DNA of 46,096 bases from Octopus bimaculoides (Eukaryota), in the NCBI RefSeq assembly GCF_001194135.2, contig NC_068986.1, forward strand, positions 1,036,535 to 1,082,630. The letters run 5' to 3'. Below, one piece after another: positions 38,868-46,096 of the stretch (position 1 is its first letter; each line of letters starts with the position of its first letter). The position numbers were made by a program, and so were the translations under genes. The notes beneath the pieces are model-generated. The model was not told where the DNA came from. It did no database searches and saw only the letters and a program-made list of their open reading frames with translations.

Positions 38868-39982
38868 TTTAATGTCCACTTTTCCAAGTTGATGATATAT
38901 GAAGAGTTTCAATAAAGTTTCTGTCTATTAAAATTTCAACCATAAAGTACTGGTTAACTGAAGCCTATAGAAGAAAACACTTTCCCAAGGTGCCATGCAG
39001 AGGAATGAAACTAGAGGCCATGTGAAAGCCTTCTTAGTTTAGATAATTCTACATTTGCCTGTCAAAGTTAAGTTTCTTGTTTCTCTTGTAGACATAAATC
39101 AGAAAGAAGCAATTATAGATGATGAAGTAAGATTTGCCACAAAAAATCTTGAAAGTAGAAAAAAGAAATTGGTATTTACTTTATTTTAAATATTCTTCTC
39201 TTCATAGTTGTGTGACTTAGCAAATCGTATACATGTCTGTCTACTTTTATTTGATTTTGTCAATGTGTTATTGTTGTTGTTGTTCACTCTCATATCTCAT
39301 CAAAGACACTCCAACGCTGACCATTTTCCCTTTTTTTCCCCAGTAAGGAATCTTAGGCCTTATTAATCAATGTATTCTTTTCTAAGATGGTCGGGTGTAA
39401 CTTGAAGTAATTTGTGGCTGTTATTTCTAGCAGGTCAAGCAGCCATGTAGAGGTTTTCTTATTGATTTGTTGTACCTCTACCAAATTCCACTTGCAAGGC
39501 ATTGATCAACCTGAAACTACTGTAGAAGCCATAGCGTAACTAGAGTCCGTGCCCCCCCTGCCCGTCCCCACATATACAGACTTATACAGCAGGTCTAAGA
39601 ATGTCCCCTATCAATAAAAACATCACCAGGGACAGACTCCTCCTCCTCCTCCTCCACTACTGTGTAGAAGACAACTCACAACAGGATCGACACCAGAAAC
39701 ATGTGGCTGGAAACTTTTCACCCACGGCTTTGCCTGCTTCTGTTTATATCAAAGTGTTTGTGTGTGAGAGAGTTCATGTGACTTTCTTTTATTCTTTTAC
39801 TTGTTTCAGTCATTTGACTGTGGCCATGCTGGAGCACCGCCTTTTGTAGTCGAACAAATCGACCCCAGGACTTATTCTTTTGTAAGCCTAGTACTTATTC
39901 TACCGGTCTCTTTTGCTGAACCGCTAAGTTACAGGGACATAAACACACCAACATCGGTTGTCAAGCGATGGTGAGGGGACAA

Positions 39983-40032
<50 letters not shown>

Positions 40033-42401
40033 ACACACATATACGATGGGCTTTTTTCAGTTTCCATCTACCAAATTCACTTGCAAGGCTTTGGTTTGCC
40101 TGAGGCTATAGTAGAAGATACTTGCTCAAGGTGCCATGCCGTGGGGCTGAACCTGGAACCATGTGGTTGGTAAGCAAGTTATTTACCACACAGCCACTCC
40201 TGCACCTATGACTGTATGAATTTGTGGCTTTGTTTGCTGTGTGTATTTTATGAATGAATCTAGATTAACCCTTTAGCATTCAAGCTTGTTCTGTTAAATG
40301 TATTGCTTGTTTATTCACATTGTTTTGAGTTAATCCCACATTCTCTCATTGATCAAGATTTCAATGATGTGATTGCTTCTTTTTAGAATGACATTGTAAT
40401 GTAGGTGTGGACAGCCAGATCTGGCTGGTTTGAACATAAGACAGGTAGAATATTTCGGCTGGACATGGCCAGTTTAAATACTAAAAGGTTAAAATTTACT
40501 TGGTTGTTGTTGTTGTTTTTAGTGTTAGCATAAAGGCTTCCTCATTGGCTCGGATTCTCTTCTCATAAAATGTATCTTGATGAACTTTCATATTTTAAGC
40601 ATAACTAACCAAATTTTAACCATTGAATTCCATTCACAAGGCTTTGATTGACCTGAATCTTTGGTAGAAGACATTTGCCCAGTATTGTGCTGTGGGACAC
40701 AAGTGGGTCTTTAAGCTAAATCTTTGGTGACAAAACATTGCTAAAAAATTATTCTTATTGCCAACTAATTTGTAGGGAATGAGTACAGTTGATTGAATTG
40801 CCCTGTGTTTTGTTGAGAAAATACAAAGTTGACTCTTTTATAGGCTTTGAATTAAGAAATGGAAGAAAAAATATTGCGACTGAAGTCAGAATTAAAATTT
40901 AAAATGTTTTTAATTTCATTCAAATACAGTAATGCTTTTTGTTGGGCCCTCTGCCAATTCTGCCATCTGTTGCCCTTTTTAACAAGAATAATATATTTCA
41001 GAATCATGAAATACTAGGTTTTGTTACATTTTCTATTTGTTTGAGAGTTAAAGTGTTGCCTTCATTGCATAGATTATGATTAAGAAGAGATGATGTTAAT
41101 GCTCTGATTTTTTCTTATTTGTTCAGGCTCAATGGAATGCAAGAATTGAAAGTAACCGTAGGGCTTATATTAAAGCTTTAATTGTTAACGCTAACAAGAT
41201 AGAATGTATTGAAGAGACTATATATGGCGAGTTAAATAAAATTCGTGCCATAATTTTAAACAATTGTCAACTTAAAGAGGCAAGTATTTGGAAGGAAGAT
41301 TCATTAATTTTAACTTTGAGGCACAAACGTATTCTACTAACTTAAAATTTACCCTTGACAGTCTATAGAAAATTAGTCTAAAAAATTAATGATAGCATGA
41401 AACTGCAGATGATTGTGGTAGCAGTGGTCATGCTGTTATTGCTGATGGTGGTGATATTGGTAGCAGCAGCAACTACTAAATACTTAGGAAGTCTTTCAAA
41501 TGCAAGAACTTATTGCTAACTACATTTGTGCATTTGCTACATACAAAGTTTCTCTTCTCAGTCAGCCTGGTTGTAATCCCGTTGCATCTCTTATGCACCC
41601 AAAACTTACATTTGATAAACAGCAGAATTTCTACCCTCTCCCTTTCTTCATATTGAGAATGACTATCTTCCTCGGGGACTGCAATATTTGATCACCATCA
41701 TCAACTAACCAGGTGAGGGATGAACTCCACTTCACTAACCGATCCTTGATTTGCTACAGAAGAACGGTGAAAGGTTTTTCTTCTTCAGACACTATGTATA
41801 ACCAGATAATCTTTATGTACAGCCACATTGAATAATAAAAGCATAAAATTATTGTATTCTTGTATGTCAATGATCTGGTTCCCATAGTTTAATTGGTCAA
41901 AGATTTTAGAAAAAAATTCCAAACATAGAATCAAGATGCCTGAAAGTAAACCTAGTAAAGGATACAGTTTTAGTTAACTGGTAAGAAGACAGATCTCTAG
42001 TGCCACTAAGAAAATGGCCATGCTCCGTAAGCTGAAAAGGAGTAAATAGAAATTCTGTTCAGTGGACCGATTGTAAAGTATGGGTGTGCAAAATGGAAAA
42101 TGGGATCAGAGGCAAGCTGACAAAGAAAACAGATTTCATATGTAGGAAAAGACACAGTAATTAACAGTAAGTGTACTCATGAAATGAATTCTTAAATGGA
42201 AAGCTTCCTTGGAGTTGTTGATTAAGTGACATAATTAGCAGTAACGATGGAAGAGATGGGGGACGCGAGGTGGTGGTGAGTGAAATGCGTAATTTAAAAA
42301 AAAACTTTTTCCTTTTATTACTTTGCTCATCTATAACACTTTTACATGATCAGTTGAAAGGAAAGGTGAAAGAGAAAGGAAAGAGAAAAAGAGGGTAAGA
42401 T

Positions 42402-42470
<69 letters not shown>

Positions 42471-44798
42471 TGCTGTGTATTGAGTCTATAAAATTGTGCA
42501 TAAAGTAGATAAAGCATATCTGTAAAGTGCATTAAGTAATCCCCGTATTTCAGTTTGCTTCCCTTTTCGATGGCCAGCAGGTGAGTGACTCTCTTTTGAT
42601 CCGGACACAACACAGGCCACGCTTTCAGGATTTACGGATAAACTTTTCAGAAATAACCCAGATAAGTTTACCATTAGTTCCGTGAGATATTCACGGGTCC
42701 TGCTAGTTACTTATTATTGAGACCATCACTCCCAGTTGCTTACCATCTTCCATCTCCATTCCTATCCATCACTCTCTCCTTCATGTTACTCCCTCCTCTT
42801 TAACCCTAACAAGCCATGTTCCTGCTATAGTAGGAATAGCATAGATGTAATCTCTGCTGGATTTCCACTAAAGCAGTGATGAACAACATATGCAGAAAAA
42901 GAAGATAAGACGCTAAAACTAGACAACTGATCCCATTGCAGTTTTGTAGTCAAGTGTGTTTATGACTCATTGTTAAAGGCCTCATTCATAGCTTTTGTTT
43001 GTAATTGAAAAAAATGACTGATTTTGTGATGAAATGAGCATGTGATGTACCCAGCATTTTGTCTTGTAAACAAGCAAAGCCTAGACTCTTTGCAGTTGAG
43101 GAAATTATTGATGATATTTATTCTTTGGACAAAGTGTTTACACTTGTGCTAACACTAAGAGTGACTCAGACAATCAAACTGGTGAAAGTGATGAGGAAAG
43201 TAGCAATTCAGGTGAACAAATACAGTGTGATAGACCTATTATTGTCATTCTGAATCTTTTTGTGATTCTGTCCATTAGTTTGTCTGCAGTTGTTACTCTT
43301 GAGCAACTATTTATTTTTTGGCTCAGGAGCCCAAATGGAGGAGACACAGGGGCCCAGGTCTGAGAGGATTAAAGAGGACATTTACAGCCATCAATCCCTC
43401 TCACCCTCCATACTCCTTCCACTTCTATCACTCTGTTTCGCTCTCACCACTCTCCATATCCATCATGTCACTTATGCTGTTTCTATTCAACCTTCTTACC
43501 AACAATTGTTATGTAGCAGTCTGTCACTCCCCGACACTAGTATCTATCATCCTGTTGCTCACATCACTCTCATTCTTCCATTCTTCCACTCTTTTGCTTG
43601 GGCCCTTTTCCCACCCAGTTATGTGATAAAAATAAAACAAATGTATGGATGTAATAAAGAAAAATGTGAGCTCTTTTTAGTCTTGCCAAGTATGAGACAA
43701 TCCTTTGAAAGAGGTAAATGAATGAATGGAAAGAAGTGAGGGTTGAGAGAATTGTTTAGCATTGTCAGGGAGACAACATAACCTTCCTTGTGATGGTGTC
43801 ATGGTAGAATATATCCAGAACACACTGTAAAGTGGTTGGCAAATGAACAGAGACAATAGGACAGTGAGGGCTTTTTAGTTTTGCTGGTGACATGTTAACC
43901 TCCCTCAAGCTGGTGTGATGTGAAAATGTACCCAATGTGCTTTATAAAGAGGGTGGCAACACAAAGGACAATCAGCTATAAAAACCACAACAGAAATTTA
44001 ATAAGTACAAATGCGAAATTGTCCTCAGACTATTTGGCAGTGATGCCAAATAAAAATTGATCCATGCTAGTATAGTAAAGTGCATCACCATCACCATCAC
44101 CATCAGCATCAGCATCAGCATCAGCATCACTGCAGCTGCTGCTGCTATCGCTGCCATCATCCCCAATGCCATCATTTGATGCTGGCAGGGTTTGGATGGT
44201 TTGACAGGAGCTGGCAAGTGAGAAGAAGGCACCAAGATCTCCTGTCTGCTTTAACATGATTTCTATGACTGGATGTCCTTCCTAACACCAGCCACTTTAC
44301 TGAATGTACTGGATGCTTTTTATGTGGTTCCAGTTCCAGGCAGATCCCAAGTAACTTGGAAGACGAGCCCTCCCAGCTGGAGGTAAGGGGGAAGGAGAGT
44401 AGTATTTAGTGGGGTGACTTTTACTTGGTGATAAGAGGTTGATAGAGAGTATGATAGAGAGGGACAGAGACAAGTGTCTTGTTGTAGATGTGATACCTGG
44501 CTAGGAAAAAGAGAGAAGAGAGAGGAGAGAGAGAGGGAAGAGGAGGAGAGAGACATGAGAGGAAAGAAAGAGAAGAAAGATGGGTGAAAGAGGAGTCAGT
44601 GAAGAAGATGTGTCAGGGGTGTGCCCCCAAGCTGCAAAGTGGTGCATGTAAACTGATGATAGTGATGATGATGATTGATTTGTATCTAATCACAGGCTTT
44701 GGAAGCGAAAGAAAGTATTTGCGATTTCTGGCAGAAACGACTTGACAATGTAGAAGAGCAGGTGAGACAGCTACGGGAACAGGAGAATGAACTTAAAG
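4001..44798 (+). CDS. CCDC175: Multi-exon gene (21 coding exons found, 2089 nt, 696 codons, 3' end open) encoding a long coiled-coil protein, CCDC175-like
   Basis: Hand-spliced exons join in one open frame with matching phases: [21 protein letters not shown]...[51 protein letters not shown]...[24 protein letters not shown]...[11 protein letters not shown]. It is E/K/L/Q-rich with heptad character. From memory, LEIQSM...SISEEISYAVKQAK..NNEEI and [20 protein letters not shown] resemble human CCDC175 (LEIESM...[39 protein letters not shown]). The symbol rests on recall, not a database search. Confidence 0.72.
4775..4972 (+). mobile_element. tRNA-derived SINE, family A
   Basis: ggcgaacttggcagaatggttagcacgctgggcaaaatgcttagc..gttctgaattcaaattcc (A/B-box-like). 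Other copies: 21766-21980 (+), 28953-29085 (+, deleted), 29463-29682 (-), 30475-30685 (-), 44975-45193 (-). Confidence 0.8.
7748..7842 (+). CDS. CCDC175: Exon 2 ([32 protein letters not shown])
   Basis: ttttctttttgcag acceptor, TTG|gtaagt donor, phase 1 to 0. Confidence 0.88.
8020..8755 (+). mobile_element. Degraded mariner-family DNA transposon
   Basis: [24 protein letters not shown] (from 8216); [32 protein letters not shown]; WILHDDNA; FQKWQEC..DYFEGD; many deletions and stops; TA at the 5' end. Confidence 0.85.
9330..9780 (-). mobile_element. Composite SINE: B head + (TG)n + D tail (RTE-like 3' end)
   Basis: B head 9780-9620, (CA)n 9585-9615, D tail 9580-9330; the D tail also occurs at 5660-5860 and 24230-24460 (+). 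Confidence 0.72.
10242..10353 (+). CDS. CCDC175: Exon 3 ([37 protein letters not shown])
   Basis: tcttttatcag acceptor, CCT|gtaagt donor, phase 0 to 1; bridges exons 2 and 4. Confidence 0.9.
11270..11540 (+). mobile_element. Old RTE RT fragment
   Basis: [12 protein letters not shown]...[40 protein letters not shown] across frameshifts. Confidence 0.7.
12216..12351 (+). CDS. CCDC175: Exon 4 ([45 protein letters not shown])
   Basis: Long pyrimidine tract plus tatag, donor TT|gtaagg, phase 1 to 2. Confidence 0.9.
12410..12822 (+). mobile_element. Composite SINE: B head + (TG)n + C tail
   Basis: B head 12410-12550, (TG)n, then ..gtaacttagc..aataagtacc..ctccagcatggctgcagtctaatgactgaaacaagtaaaaga. 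Confidence 0.75.
12998..13856 (+). mobile_element. Internally deleted RTE LINE (RT core joined to 3' tail)
   Basis: [44 protein letters not shown]; [13 protein letters not shown]; LLYADDL; jumps near 13640 to the 3' UTR ending gacattaaataatgatgatg. Confidence 0.92.
14750..14827 (+). CDS. CCDC175: Exon 5 ([26 protein letters not shown])
   Basis: ctttttcag acceptor, GA|gtgagt donor, phase 2 to 2. Confidence 0.88.
15472..15526 (+). CDS. CCDC175: Exon 6 ([19 protein letters not shown])
   Basis: ttcttttag acceptor, GAG|gtaaat donor, phase 2 to 0. Confidence 0.88.
15699..15797 (+). CDS. CCDC175: Exon 7 ([33 protein letters not shown])
   Basis: ttttctag acceptor, TTG|gtaagt donor, phase 0 to 0. 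Confidence 0.9.
16140..16540 (-). mobile_element. Old RTE fragment (endonuclease-RT linker region)
   Basis: Minus strand [37 protein letters not shown], degraded. Confidence 0.65.
17052..17107 (+). CDS. CCDC175: Exon 8 ([18 protein letters not shown])
   Basis: ttttttgtgtataatag acceptor, GC|gtaagt donor, phase 0 to 2. Confidence 0.82.
17331..17823 (-). mobile_element. piggyBac transposon remnant with one terminus
   Basis: [12 protein letters not shown]...[30 protein letters not shown]...[14 protein letters not shown] (piggyBac transposase N-terminal part); terminus TTAA|CCCTTTCGTTACT at 17331. Confidence 0.82.
17824..18276 (-). mobile_element. Tc1/mariner-superfamily (DUF4817-type HTH) transposase remnant
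   Basis: [50 protein letters not shown] (from about 18182), then after a deletion [34 protein letters not shown]...MWFQ. Confidence 0.75.
18638..18701 (+). CDS. CCDC175: Exon 9 ([22 protein letters not shown])
   Basis: atttttacag acceptor, CAG|gtttgt donor, phase 2 to 0. Confidence 0.87.
19090..19250. repeat. Degenerate (GAT/GGT)n trinucleotide tract
   Basis: Direct reading; similar tracts at 15990-16030, 35880-36000, 38750-38870, 44085-44150. Confidence 0.9.
19584..19693 (+). CDS. CCDC175: Exon 10 ([36 protein letters not shown])
   Basis: gtttgtgtag acceptor, CG|gtaagt donor, phase 0 to 2. Confidence 0.87.
19910..20660 (-). mobile_element. Old RTE fragment interrupted by a hAT MITE
   Basis: Minus strand KTVDSFYYL|DDVISCGG is continuous across the MITE insertion site; also [14 protein letters not shown]. 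Confidence 0.7.
20248..20565. mobile_element. hAT (Charlie-like) MITE
   Basis: TIRs CAGGGGTTCTCAAC / GTTGAGAACCACCG; perfect 8-bp TSD ATCTAGGT at 20240-20247 and 20566-20573. Confidence 0.92.
21060..21331. repeat. (TATG)n/(TG)n microsatellite with a 10-N gap
   Basis: Direct reading. Confidence 0.95.
22412..22493 (+). CDS. CCDC175: Exon 11 ([28 protein letters not shown])
   Basis: ctatattacag acceptor, AAT|gtaagt donor, phase 2 to 0. Confidence 0.87.
23137..23357 (+). mobile_element. Mariner-derived non-autonomous element (MITE)
   Basis: TA-flanked TIRs TATGAGAGGTGCTGGAAAGTTCCTG / CCAGAAACTTTTCAGCATTCCCTCATA; interior resembles the mariner C-terminal GL.KL...C.ECV.L.GE. Confidence 0.8.
23469..23541 (+). 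CDS. CCDC175: Exon 12 ([24 protein letters not shown])
   Basis: tgtttctcaag acceptor, A|gtatgt donor, phase 0 to 1. Confidence 0.8.
23785..24068. repeat. Inverted duplication of a SINE B copy around a (TG)(TA)(CA) centre
   Basis: Arms of about 110 bp are near-identical reverse complements. Confidence 0.9.
26041..26195. repeat. Hairpin palindrome with arms of about 64 bp inside (TA)n
   Basis: atataagggcattactatacaataatgcctcacgctatgaaggactctaaggtcagactaccat versus its reverse complement at 26132-26195, 2 mismatches. Confidence 0.92.
26350..26565 (+). mobile_element. SINE C tail (head probably lost in the gap)
   Basis: acgtccccgtaacttagcggttcggcaaaagagaccgatagaataagtactagg...gactgaaacaagtaaaagagtaaaagagtaaagag. 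Confidence 0.78.
26767..26830 (+). CDS. CCDC175: Exon 13 ([21 protein letters not shown])
   Basis: T-rich tract plus ttttag, GA|gtgagt donor, phase 1 to 2. Confidence 0.85.
28679..28789 (+). CDS. CCDC175: Exon 14 ([37 protein letters not shown])
   Basis: tttctgtggcag acceptor, CT|gtaagt donor, phase 2 to 2, clear heptads. Confidence 0.9.
30374..30445 (+). CDS. CCDC175: Exon 15 ([24 protein letters not shown])
   Basis: ttttaatcttcag acceptor, GT|gtaagt donor, phase 2 to 2. Confidence 0.9.
30699..31740 (+). mobile_element. Internally deleted RTE LINE plus 3' UTR remnant
   Basis: [45 protein letters not shown]; jumps near 31080 to [39 protein letters not shown]. Confidence 0.88.
32130..32350 (-). 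mobile_element. Old RTE C-terminal fragment
   Basis: Minus strand [39 protein letters not shown]. Confidence 0.6.
32607..32742 (+). CDS. CCDC175: Exon 16 ([46 protein letters not shown])
   Basis: ctcttatttcag acceptor, AAA|gtaaga donor, phase 2 to 0; lies within track ORF 32563-32757. Confidence 0.9.
33084..33345 (-). mobile_element. R4/Dong-like (RLE clade) LINE reverse transcriptase fragment
   Basis: LNPLSFLL...[14 protein letters not shown]...FSADIRM...YLIIERGK; the VDDLK motif and FS.DI.M pattern differ from the window's RTE YADD copies. Confidence 0.72.
34160..34323. repeat. Inverted repeat with arms of about 55 bp
   Basis: tgaagattatttgtcaacataacatggcagtcctggtttaggatgtatgttgctg / cagcaacattcgtcctaaattaggactgccatgttatgttggcaaataatcttca. 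Confidence 0.88.
34555..35048 (+). mobile_element. RTE 3' UTR/tail (5'-truncated copy) ending in (GAT)n
   Basis: Matches the UTR that follows the RTE ORF at 410-535 and the tail at 13640-13856. Confidence 0.85.
36228..36359 (+). CDS. CCDC175: Exon 17 ([44 protein letters not shown])
   Basis: catcttcag acceptor, CAG|gtaagt donor, phase 0 to 0. Confidence 0.9.
37176..37433. repeat. 258-bp near-perfect palindrome (arms about 118 bp), TA-flanked, MITE-like
   Basis: atattctgttgtgtctggggag...ttgcgtcttg / caagatgcaac...ctccccagacacaacagaatat, 4 mismatches seen. Confidence 0.93.
37464..37602 (+). CDS. CCDC175: Exon 18 ([46 protein letters not shown])
   Basis: aaatgcag acceptor (weak tract), T|gtaagt donor, phase 0 to 1; required to join exons 17 and 19. 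Confidence 0.85.
37609..38600 (-). mobile_element. Degraded Tc1 (DD34E-type) transposon
   Basis: [38 protein letters not shown]; [27 protein letters not shown]; DGAPCH; [28 protein letters not shown]. Confidence 0.92.
39092..39171 (+). CDS. CCDC175: Exon 19 ([27 protein letters not shown])
   Basis: tttcttgtttctcttgtag acceptor, TTG|gtattt donor, phase 1 to 0. Confidence 0.87.
39783..40207 (-). mobile_element. Composite SINE: B head + (TG)n + C tail, well preserved
   Basis: Reverse complement of the 12410-12822 architecture; the C tail is nearly identical to 26350-26565 (+). Confidence 0.82.
40265..40492. mobile_element. piggyBac-type MITE
   Basis: TTAA at both ends (40265-40268, 40489-40492), TIRs CCCTTTAGCATT / AATACTAAAAGG. 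Confidence 0.82.
41127..41279 (+). CDS. CCDC175: Exon 20 ([51 protein letters not shown]), GC donor
   Basis: tttcttatttgttcag acceptor; GAG|gcaagt non-canonical donor gives the phase 0 needed for exon 21. Confidence 0.85.
41990..42260 (+). mobile_element. Old RTE RT fragment
   Basis: [39 protein letters not shown]; same region of the element as 11270-11540. Confidence 0.55.
42403..42466. repeat. (GA)n microsatellite
   Basis: Direct reading; also (AG)n at 15057-15090. Confidence 0.95.
44696..44798 (+). CDS. CCDC175: Exon 21 ([34 protein letters not shown])
   Basis: tctaatcacag acceptor, AAAG|gtaagc donor, phase 0 to 1. Confidence 0.88.
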
Positions 44799-45692
44799 GT
44801 AAGCTTAAGATGTCTTACCAACCATTATTGGGAGAAAAGGCCCTGCCTATGGTCCTTATATAGGACAGCCTGAAACTGGTAGAAAGGTGAAAAAAGGAAG
44901 AAACCACGACACTGATCCAAATACTTCTGATGGAGTAAACTTGATTAAAAGCTCCCAAGTACCAGATGACAAGAATCCTTTCTACTACAGGTTCAAGGCT
45001 TGAAATTTGGGAGGAGTAGCTTAGTTGATTACATTGACCCCCCCGTACTTAAAAATGATATCTGTTTCATCAACCTGGAAGGATGAAATGGGAAGTCAAT
45101 ATTAGCAGAGTTTGAACTCAGATTGCAAAAGATGGGTGAAATACCACAAAACATTTTGTTTGATGTATTAACGATTAGGCCAGCTTGCTGCCTTGTCCAG
45201 GTGTTAAGAACAGGTGTTAAGAACAGGTGTTCTAAGTATGCCTGATAACATTTTACTTACCAGAGCATGTTACACACACATGCACACACTCATGCATGCA
45301 TGTATGTATGTATGCACACACACACACACACACAAATATAAGCATAAACATATAGTTTATTTATAACTGGGAAGCTATGTTAGTTACTCAAGTAGTTGGA
45401 ATTTCAATCAAAAGCATCTCCCAATATTGCAGAATTCAGCTGATTTGATAAGTTTTTGTTTTGACTAAAATTTTCAGTTTTTCAGATTTTCAGCTGCCAC
45501 ATTTGAAGATATAAAAATAATAAAAATATTCAAAACAGAAATTTCTCTAATCTCCTGTCTTTTAACTCTTTTATCAAATACTTTCCTCTATCAAGATACA
45601 ACGACACAGTGTCAGCTGCAAGCTGGTTGATGTAAAACAACATTTGTTGTATTGTAAAATTACCATCACAAGATAAAAGGAACAGTATATCG

Positions 45693-46096
45693 AACCAGGT
45701 GATACGCGAAGGAGTCATACCCAATGACTGGTGTAGCAGCATCATAGTCAACTGCTACAAAGGTAAAGGTGACGCTTTAGATACAAATAATTACAGAGGC
45801 ATCAAGCTGTTAGATCAGGTTATGAAAGTTATAGAGAGGGTCATAGCCCAACTAATTAGGGAGCGAATCAATTTAGATGAGATGCAGTTTGGGTTCGTGC
45901 CAGGTAAAAGCACTACTGATGCCTTATTTCTAGTGAGACAGTTGCAGGAGAAATACCTAGCTAAGGATAAACCTCTGTACCTGGCTTTCATTGACATGGA
46001 GAAAGCCTTTGACAGGGTCCCCCGATCCCTTATCTGGTGGTCAATGAGGAAACTTGGGATAGAAGAATGGTTAGTAAGAGCTGTGCGAGCCATGTA
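45693..46096 (+). mobile_element. 5'-truncated RTE LINE with intact RT frame, runs off the window
   Basis: [134 protein letters not shown], no stops. Confidence 0.95.

Noticed and set aside
42486-42674. Minus-strand 62-aa ORF in the CpG-rich patch
   Set aside because: No recognisable domain or splice context; the plus-strand microexon or ratchet reading is better supported.
45530-45751. Minus-strand ORF with a protein-like tail (..LYLDRGKYLIKELKDRRLEKFLF)
   Set aside because: Its start lies in the antisense strand of the RTE; no homology recognised and no supporting exons.

Overview
AT-rich animal genomic DNA, full of microsatellites and transposable elements, with four assembly gaps. The repeat landscape (RTE LINEs with (GAT)n tails, tRNA-derived SINEs, long TA/TG runs) suggests a coleoid cephalopod, probably Octopus; this is an inference. 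Hidden among the repeats, and almost absent from the ORF track, is one + strand gene. I reconstructed 21 short coding exons from ATG 4001 to 44798. All splice phases are compatible, there are no stops, one intron is GC-AG, and the frame covers 696 codons, probably continuing beyond the window. It encodes a long coiled-coil protein that resembles CCDC175 from my recall of that protein. The introns hold RTE LINE pieces on both strands, a Penelope GIY-YIG fragment, an R4/Dong-like RT fragment, mariner, Tc1, DUF4817-type and piggyBac transposase remnants, hAT/piggyBac/mariner MITEs and modular SINEs. The most unusual signals are five long hairpin palindromes (several close to exons), two AG|GT sites (one a possible 27-nt in-frame microexon), a head-swapping SINE architecture, and a piggyBac/mariner-type transposase chimera. 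There is no evidence of CRISPR, rRNA or true tRNA genes, or of a new multi-gene system.
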